DNA of 64,000 nucleotides from a virus (Duplodnaviria; Heunggongvirae; Uroviricota; Caudoviricetes): IMG/VR virus record IMGVR_UViG_3300020429_000539, positions 332,263 to 396,262 of that record; one strand, 5' to 3'. Shown piece by piece: positions 58,758 to 64,000 of this stretch (position 1 is its first letter; each line of letters starts with the position of its first letter). The notes under the pieces were generated by a model. It saw only the letters and a program-made list of their open reading frames with translations, ran no database searches and was not told where the DNA came from. The position numbers and the translations under genes were made by a program.

Positions 58758-59254
58758 TGGCTTCTGACCGTTACTTTGTTAACGACAATATTCGTGCGAA
58801 TAGAGTTCTTCTAGTTGACTCTGATAACACTAACCTTGGCGAGCATTCAAAGCATGCTGCGATGGAGAAGGCAAAAAGCAAGGGGCTAGACCTCGTGTTG
58901 ATGTCTAAGCCGGACCAGGACATTCCTATTTGCAAGATAATGGACTACGGCAAGTTCAAATATGACCAGTCCAAAAAAGAGAACAAGAAGAAACCACCGG
59001 CTGTAAAAGAGATGATGTTTCATATGCGAACATCAGAACATGACCTTGAGACCAAGACGAAAAAGGTTCAGGGTTTCTTGGAGAAGAAGCACAAGGTCAA
59101 GTTTGGCATTTACCTCAAGGGCAGGGAGCGCAGCTTCCGCAGCGAGGCCCGGACCATCCTTGAGAACTCGCTTCTGGCATTCAATGGCAAGGCAAAGCAC
59201 GATGGGATAAAAGAGAGCGACCGACTTGTTTTCGTGACGCTTTCACCCGTATGA
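58757..59254 (+). CDS. infC: Translation initiation factor IF-3 (phage-encoded)
   Basis: Motifs VNDNIRANRVLLVD, GLDLVLM, PICKIMDYGKFKYDQSKK, VKEMMF, EHDLETK, FLEKKHKVK and KGRE. ATG 58757 sits in a TGATG overlap with TAAGGA upstream. Confidence 0.95.
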   Translation: MASDRYFVNDNIRANRVLLVDSDNTNLGEHSKHAAMEKAKSKGLDLVLMSKPDQDIPICKIMDYGKFKYDQSKKENKKKPPAVKEMMFHMRTSEHDLETKTKKVQGFLEKKHKVKFGIYLKGRERSFRSEARTILENSLLAFNGKAKHDGIKESDRLVFVTLSPV

Positions 59255-59284
59255 TGGGCTCTTCACCCTTATACTGGACGGACG

Positions 59285-60895
59285 ATGCCAAAAAAGACCG
59301 ATGAAGCTCAGGCTGCCTTCTATGGCTGCGCCACCGATGATTTCAACCATGAGCTTCTTGCTCTGATGAGAAGTCGCCACCCGTTGACTTTCATTGCATC
59401 GAACGAAGAGCCAAGACTGATCAGCCATCTACAGAACATGGTCAATGGTTTTGACTATGAAGCTATTTGCTGGACTGCATCGCAGGGCTTTTTGTGCTGG
59501 AGAGGAAAGCCGCTTGAAGGACAGTCCAAGCGACCTGAAGCGGTTCTCAAAAGCTTCCTTGAACACGCAAAGGCTCGTTCAGAAGACAAGAAGAATCCGA
59601 TTCGTCATGGACTGATACTCATTCTGCCTGATTTCCACAGGTTTTTGGGCAGAGATTCAACGCCAGAGATTGAGCGATATCTCAAGGACATTATCGACCT
59701 TGATGTCAATGCCATGGTCATCATGTTCGGTAATAGCTACGCAACCACTCCAACGCTTGACCAGTCTTTTGTTGTTCTTGATTTTCCGTTTCCGAATGAG
59801 TCGGAGATTGATGCAATCCTTGACAAATGTCTTGCATCTGAAAACGTCCAGAGCCGCTTTCCCGAGCTTGAAGGGCATGTCAATGCCAATCGTGAGGCCA
59901 TCCGTGCTTCGGTGCATGGTCTGACGCTTGATGAAGCCTCTACAGCATTCCACAAGTCTCTTGTGACGGCTGCGCATGTCAAAACACAGCCCCTTGACCC
60001 TGTTGACTTGATGAAGGAGAAGCGAAATCTGATTCGCAAATCAGGTTTGCTTGACTACATCGAGCCGAAGGTCAGTCTTGATGATGTTGGAGGCCTTGAT
60101 CCATTCGTGACCTGGATGAGAAACAGGCGAGTTCTTTTCACTGATAGGGCAAGAGATGCAGGACTTCCTGTGCCAAAGGGAGTGATGCTTCTTGGAGTGC
60201 CTGGCGGCGGTAAGAGCCTGTCTGCAAAGGCAACAGCAAAAAGCTTTGGGCTGCCCCTGCTGCGACTTGACTTTGGTCGTATGTTTGGCTCGCTGGTAGG
60301 ACAGTCTGAGCAGCAAATGCGAAACGCAATCAGGTTGGCTGAGACTCTTTCTCCTTGTGTGCTTTGGATCGATGAAATCGAGAAGGGCCTTGCAGGCGCA
60401 AACTCTACAACTTCTGGCGATTCGGGCACCACGAAGCGAGTCTTGTCATCGTTCCTTACATGGCTCAACGAGAAAACGGCACAGGTCTTTGTGATTGCAA
60501 CAGCCAACAACACAGAGCAGATCCCTCCTGAGTTCATGCGTGCAGGTAGGTTCGATGAGATTTGGTTTATTGACCTTCCGAACCAGACCGCTCGCGCTCA
60601 GATTGCTTCGATTTTGCTGAAGAAGAGGGGCATTGATATTGATGACCAGAAGGTCAGTAAGGCCTTGTCATCTGACAAATTTGATGGCTTCAGTGGCGCT
60701 GAAATTGAAAAGGCCATTGATGAAGCTCGCTTTGCGGCATTTATGCAGAACGGGGCAACGACAATTACTCTCAAGGACATCGAGGCAGAGGCAGTGAAAT
60801 TCAAGCCGCTTGCCAAAACTCGACCCGAAGAGTTCGCCAAGATGCGTTCTTGGGCTGAAGAGCGTTGCCGCGTGGCAAATACTATCACCAACTGA
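59285..60895 (+). CDS. AAA+ ATPase, Ycf46-like
   Basis: Degenerate N-terminal AAA domain (SNEEPRL, ILPDFHRFL, DFPFPN), followed by DDVGGLD, GVPGGGKS, LRLDFG, LWIDEIEKG, IATANN and RAGRFDEIWFIDLP. Confidence 0.92.
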   Translation: MPKKTDEAQAAFYGCATDDFNHELLALMRSRHPLTFIASNEEPRLISHLQNMVNGFDYEAICWTASQGFLCWRGKPLEGQSKRPEAVLKSFLEHAKARSEDKKNPIRHGLILILPDFHRFLGRDSTPEIERYLKDIIDLDVNAMVIMFGNSYATTPTLDQSFVVLDFPFPNESEIDAILDKCLASENVQSRFPELEGHVNANREAIRASVHGLTLDEASTAFHKSLVTAAHVKTQPLDPVDLMKEKRNLIRKSGLLDYIEPKVSLDDVGGLDPFVTWMRNRRVLFTDRARDAGLPVPKGVMLLGVPGGGKSLSAKATAKSFGLPLLRLDFGRMFGSLVGQSEQQMRNAIRLAETLSPCVLWIDEIEKGLAGANSTTSGDSGTTKRVLSSFLTWLNEKTAQVFVIATANNTEQIPPEFMRAGRFDEIWFIDLPNQTARAQIASILLKKRGIDIDDQKVSKALSSDKFDGFSGAEIEKAIDEARFAAFMQNGATTITLKDIEAEAVKFKPLAKTRPEEFAKMRSWAEERCRVANTITN

Positions 60896-60898
60896 TTC

Positions 60899-60906
60899 CG
60901 CGATAA
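60899..60906 (+). promoter_or_regulatory. Putative -10 element (CGCGATAA) upstream of the loader-helicase genes
   Basis: Fourth intergenic CGATA copy, here followed by a leader containing GGAG. Confidence 0.35.
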
Positions 60907-60955
60907 CCAAGTGACTTATTTAGGATGGAGACTCAAATGAGTCGAAAGGTTATCT

Positions 60956-61828
60956 ATGCAGGATATCAGCAAGTACATTCACTACTTTAGCAGCATTTAT
61001 CGCAAGAATTGCAGCCATTGGGATAAGTCAGAGAAAGCCTGCACGAATAAGGGCGGCTGTATCTGTGCAAAGTTTGGCGAGGTTCAAGGGCACATACGCT
61101 CTCTAATTCAGCCAAACTATCGTAATGCTACAATATATGACTACACAGGCACTCTTGAAAAGCCTGATGGAGAAGTTGTTCGCGTAGTTAGTGTAGAAGA
61201 TGTAGAGCATATACAGGACCAAATGTGGAAGTTCTTGTATGGCGACGCGCCTTTTCAAGAAGACCTCACACGGCCTGAACTGAATGCCTTATCTGTGCTT
61301 GATGATAGATTTAAGCGGGGCGAATGCCTTGTCATACACGGCGACGCTCGTCGTCAAAGCAAATACGAAAAAATGCACATGCAGGAGCGAATGCCGACAG
61401 GTAAAAGCTTTCTTGCTTCGATAGCGACAATTGACGCTATATGGCGTCGTTGTTTTATAACCAATACAGCGATTACCTATGACTGGGCTTCGTTTCTTAA
61501 GATGCGAATTCTATTGAAGACTCGCTATATAGAAGAACATCAAGAAGTAGAAGAGGCCAAGGAGTCAGACTTTTTGGTTATTGACGACATCAATACTATC
61601 AGTGGAGAGTTTGGAGATAAGGCAGCGAACTGGACGCGAGAAAAGCTTGACAACTTCCTTATGTATCGAATGGATCATCATAAGCCTACCATTTTAGTTT
61701 GCAACTTTGATGTAGAGAAGGTTGACCTGCCGGGACATATGGGTGATGCTTTTGACAAACTAGTGTATTCCTCAGGAACGACTCGTATTCGTGTCGAACC
61801 TGCCAGTCAGAGTCTCCGAGGAAGTTGA
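60956..61828 (+). CDS. DnaC/DnaI/IstB-like helicase loader ATPase
   Basis: N-terminal Cys cluster (C..W...C....CIC), YRNATIYDY, LVIHG...TGKSFLAS, FLVIDDI (Walker B) and YRMDHHKPTILVCN. It lies directly upstream of DnaB. Confidence 0.8.
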   Translation: MQDISKYIHYFSSIYRKNCSHWDKSEKACTNKGGCICAKFGEVQGHIRSLIQPNYRNATIYDYTGTLEKPDGEVVRVVSVEDVEHIQDQMWKFLYGDAPFQEDLTRPELNALSVLDDRFKRGECLVIHGDARRQSKYEKMHMQERMPTGKSFLASIATIDAIWRRCFITNTAITYDWASFLKMRILLKTRYIEEHQEVEEAKESDFLVIDDINTISGEFGDKAANWTREKLDNFLMYRMDHHKPTILVCNFDVEKVDLPGHMGDAFDKLVYSSGTTRIRVEPASQSLRGS

Positions 61829-61831
61829 TAG

Positions 61832-63397
61832 ATGTCAGATTATAAGACCTACCAATCTAAGCTGTTGCATATTGCTCTAAATGATAGAGAGCGATACAAA
61901 GCTATTGTTGAGCGTATAGATGCAGAATGCTTCGACGCAGAATACCGACCAATCGTGCAAGGCATTTTTCATGCCCATGTTTCAGACATAGTTCTAACGG
62001 CGAATGCCTACGAAGATTTCATACAGCGCTCGGTCAATGCAGGCGATTACAAGAAATGGACAGGTAGTGATGCTCAGCCTATACCTGCGAAGCTTGGAGA
62101 GAAGCGCAAGTTTACTTCCGTTCAAAAGCTAGATAACGTCAAGAGCGACGAGTTTGACTTCTTGATGACCAAAGTCAAGGAGAGTTATGACCGTTCTCAG
62201 GCAGAAGAGGTTATTTCAAAGTTTGCTACGGAGCAAAAAGGAGACTTCTACGGAGCCCTTGCAAAACTTTCTGAGAAAGCGAATGGCATTGCGTCTAGCA
62301 AAGATGACGCGACATTTAAGACTATGGACCTCGCCAACTCTCGCAAAGAGTGGCTAGATGCCCTTAAGGACAAACGGGCAAATCCCGAGCAAATCGTTTC
62401 TACTGGTCTCAAAGATATTGACGAGTGTCTAAGCAAGAGCATTACCGAGCCAGGGATGCTCGTATTTTTCGTTGCCGATGTCGGCGGTTTTAAGACAACT
62501 ACAATGCTCAATATTGCTCTCAATGTTCTCAAGCAATCGCAAGAGAACGTCATGTTTGTTTCTCTTGAAATGCCCGGTCATCTTTTGATGGATAAAATCA
62601 TCTCAAGAGAATCAGGCGTACCAGGTAAGAAACTAAGCTATCCGCATCTAATGACTGAACAAGAAGTTCAACGTGTTGAGCGCGAGTTAGATAAATGGGA
62701 CAATCTAAAAAGCAAGTTCATTATTCTTGACGCTGTAGACGGTGCAACAGTTGCAGATATAGCTAGGGCCGTTGAACAACATTCGCATGCAAAGCCATCG
62801 TTAGTTGTTGTTGACTATTTGACTATTCTCAAGCCTGAAGCCTGGTATGCAAAGCTGGGCCAACATGCTTGGTTCGGTTATATGTGCAAGAGCCTCCGCA
62901 CACTTGGCAAGAAGCACGGTTTCAGTATTATATCTGCTGCACAGCTAGGTCGTGATGCTATTAAGCGATTGAAGAGCCAGAAAGAGGGTTCTCAGACAGT
63001 TGGCTCTGAAGACATTCGTGGTTCTCATGATCTGTCTGCGGATGCCGATGCTTTATTCATCCAAGTTCCATTGCCATCAGAGCCCAATGAAAAAATACAG
63101 GTATTTTGCGCAAAATCTCGCTACGGAGATAAAACCTTCGGCGGTAAAAACTCGGTTTTGCTCAATGTCAAGCCATCCGTGGGTAGAGTTTCCGGCGAGC
63201 GAGACGCGGCTTGGAAGGCTGAGCTTCAAATGCAGCCAATACAGGCCGTTACTAACTATGAAGTGCCTATAGATATCAATGTTGATGTTCCAGATATAGA
63301 TCCTGATCTCGATATTTTCGAAGACGATCAGCCTCCCATCAGTGATTCTATATTTGGTGACACTCCTGACGAGGACTCATTGGGGGATGGCTTCTGA
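61832..63397 (+). CDS. dnaB: DnaB-like replicative helicase
   Basis: Motifs VSTGLKDID, ADVGGFKTT (Walker A variant), FVSLEMP, VVVDYL, ISAAQLGR, EDIRGSHDLSADAD and KSRYG, plus an acidic tail. Confidence 0.92.
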   Translation: MSDYKTYQSKLLHIALNDRERYKAIVERIDAECFDAEYRPIVQGIFHAHVSDIVLTANAYEDFIQRSVNAGDYKKWTGSDAQPIPAKLGEKRKFTSVQKLDNVKSDEFDFLMTKVKESYDRSQAEEVISKFATEQKGDFYGALAKLSEKANGIASSKDDATFKTMDLANSRKEWLDALKDKRANPEQIVSTGLKDIDECLSKSITEPGMLVFFVADVGGFKTTTMLNIALNVLKQSQENVMFVSLEMPGHLLMDKIISRESGVPGKKLSYPHLMTEQEVQRVERELDKWDNLKSKFIILDAVDGATVADIARAVEQHSHAKPSLVVVDYLTILKPEAWYAKLGQHAWFGYMCKSLRTLGKKHGFSIISAAQLGRDAIKRLKSQKEGSQTVGSEDIRGSHDLSADADALFIQVPLPSEPNEKIQVFCAKSRYGDKTFGGKNSVLLNVKPSVGRVSGERDAAWKAELQMQPIQAVTNYEVPIDINVDVPDIDPDLDIFEDDQPPISDSIFGDTPDEDSLGDGF

Positions 63398-64000
63398 TGG
63401 GTTCATACGAAATCAACAAAATCAAACAGAGCTATAAAATCTCTGATTACCTTGAAGACCAAGGTATTTCTCCTCTTAAGGAACAGGGTGACCACAAGTT
63501 ATATCGTTGTCCCTTGCCTCACCATCCAGGAGATAATGACCCTTCGTTCTACATCTATAACAAAGGCAATCATGAAGATTTTTACTGTTATGGATGTAAG
63601 TCGGGCGGAAGTATCATTCACTTCATAGCTGATTATGAGAAGATTGGTCTGCGTAAAGCCATTCAACGGCTAAGCGCTGAGCTAAATATTGACATCGAGG
63701 AAATTCTTGATGCTGCTGTTGAGGAGGCCAGGCAATCCTTAAGAGGAGAACACACAGTTACCCCTGATGAGGCGCTGACTCGTTCCTTGTATATCGCTGC
63801 TTTGGTACACGACTTCCTGACCAAAGTAGATAAAAGCCCAGAAGAAGCAAAGCTATGCGAGCAGATTTTCCAACTTGTCGATAAGTACGTGTACGCCGAG
63901 AACGTCGCAGAGCTTGACAATATTATCGAGGTTCTTCCCGACAAGCTCGGTACTAGATACAAGCTTTGGAGCGAACGACAAGAAATGGAAAAGGCTAGTA
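63397..64000 (+). CDS. CHC2 zinc-finger protein (DnaG zinc-binding-domain-like), 3'-truncated by the window edge
   Basis: Not in the ORF track. TGATG coupling. It translates as MGSYEINKIKQSYKISDYL...YRCPLPHHPGDNDPSFYIY...FYCYGCKSGGSIIHFIADYEKIGLRKAIQRL and is open to the window end. Confidence 0.9.
   Translation, partial: MGSYEINKIKQSYKISDYLEDQGISPLKEQGDHKLYRCPLPHHPGDNDPSFYIYNKGNHEDFYCYGCKSGGSIIHFIADYEKIGLRKAIQRLSAELNIDIEEILDAAVEEARQSLRGEHTVTPDEALTRSLYIAALVHDFLTKVDKSPEEAKLCEQIFQLVDKYVYAENVAELDNIIEVLPDKLGTRYKLWSERQEMEKAS

Larger units (their letters stand above)
1..64000 (+). mobile_element. Fragment of a jumbo/huge tailed bacteriophage genome (virion module followed by glycosyltransferase and replication modules)
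   Basis: All genes are co-oriented with minimal spacers. Giant structural-type proteins lack signal peptides. A phage-style replisome is present (UvsW-like helicase, DnaC-like loader, DnaB, CHC2 zinc finger). infC lacks its usual bacterial neighbours thrS/rpmI/rplT. No capsid or terminase gene lies in this window, so the call is indirect. Confidence 0.85.

Noticed and set aside
203-63962. Numerous short minus-strand and off-frame ORFs in the track (60-204 aa)
   Set aside because: They lie within long + strand genes, lack recognisable motifs, and have the Ser/Leu/Ile-rich composition expected of shadow frames.
1-64000. Alternative genetic code, inteins, introns, DGR, CRISPR array, tRNAs
   Set aside because: Genes are long and intact in the standard code and use all three stops. 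The helicases show no intein motifs. I saw no reverse transcriptase or TR/VR pair. No intergenic gap exceeds about 60 nt, leaving no room for arrays or tRNAs.

Overview
This window looks like a 64-kb piece of an uncharacterised jumbo/huge tailed-phage genome. It has about 30 tightly packed, often overlapping genes, all on the + strand, in the standard genetic code. I found no rRNA, tRNA, CRISPR, integrase or transposase signal. The left ~47.5 kb is a virion tail/appendage module. It has a probable baseplate-hub gene and six further proteins over 1,100 aa (up to 3,258 aa), all acidic, beta-rich and lacking signal peptides. Their domains include FN3/Ig, Asp-box and Kelch propellers, LamG, DUF642-like, laminin-IV, a split vWA and a GH56 hyaluronidase-like domain, and a GT4 glycosyltransferase gene sits among them. 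The right ~16.5 kb carries three more glycosyltransferases, a Myb-like-HTH metallophosphoesterase, a UvsW-like SF2 helicase and a fused plant-HPAT/SGT1-like plus GT-B glycosyltransferase. It also carries an orphan adenine methylase, translation initiation factor IF3, a Ycf46-like AAA+ ATPase, and a DnaC-like loader, DnaB and CHC2 zinc-finger replication module. The best candidate for a new system is virion protein O-glycosylation: six GT domains including an HPAT-like initiating enzyme, plus a recurrent D-P-Y motif found only in the giant virion proteins. Other notable points are nested domain-in-domain architecture and a CGATA promoter-like motif implying leaderless transcripts next to a phage IF3. 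All family assignments come from motif recognition by eye; no database searches were run.
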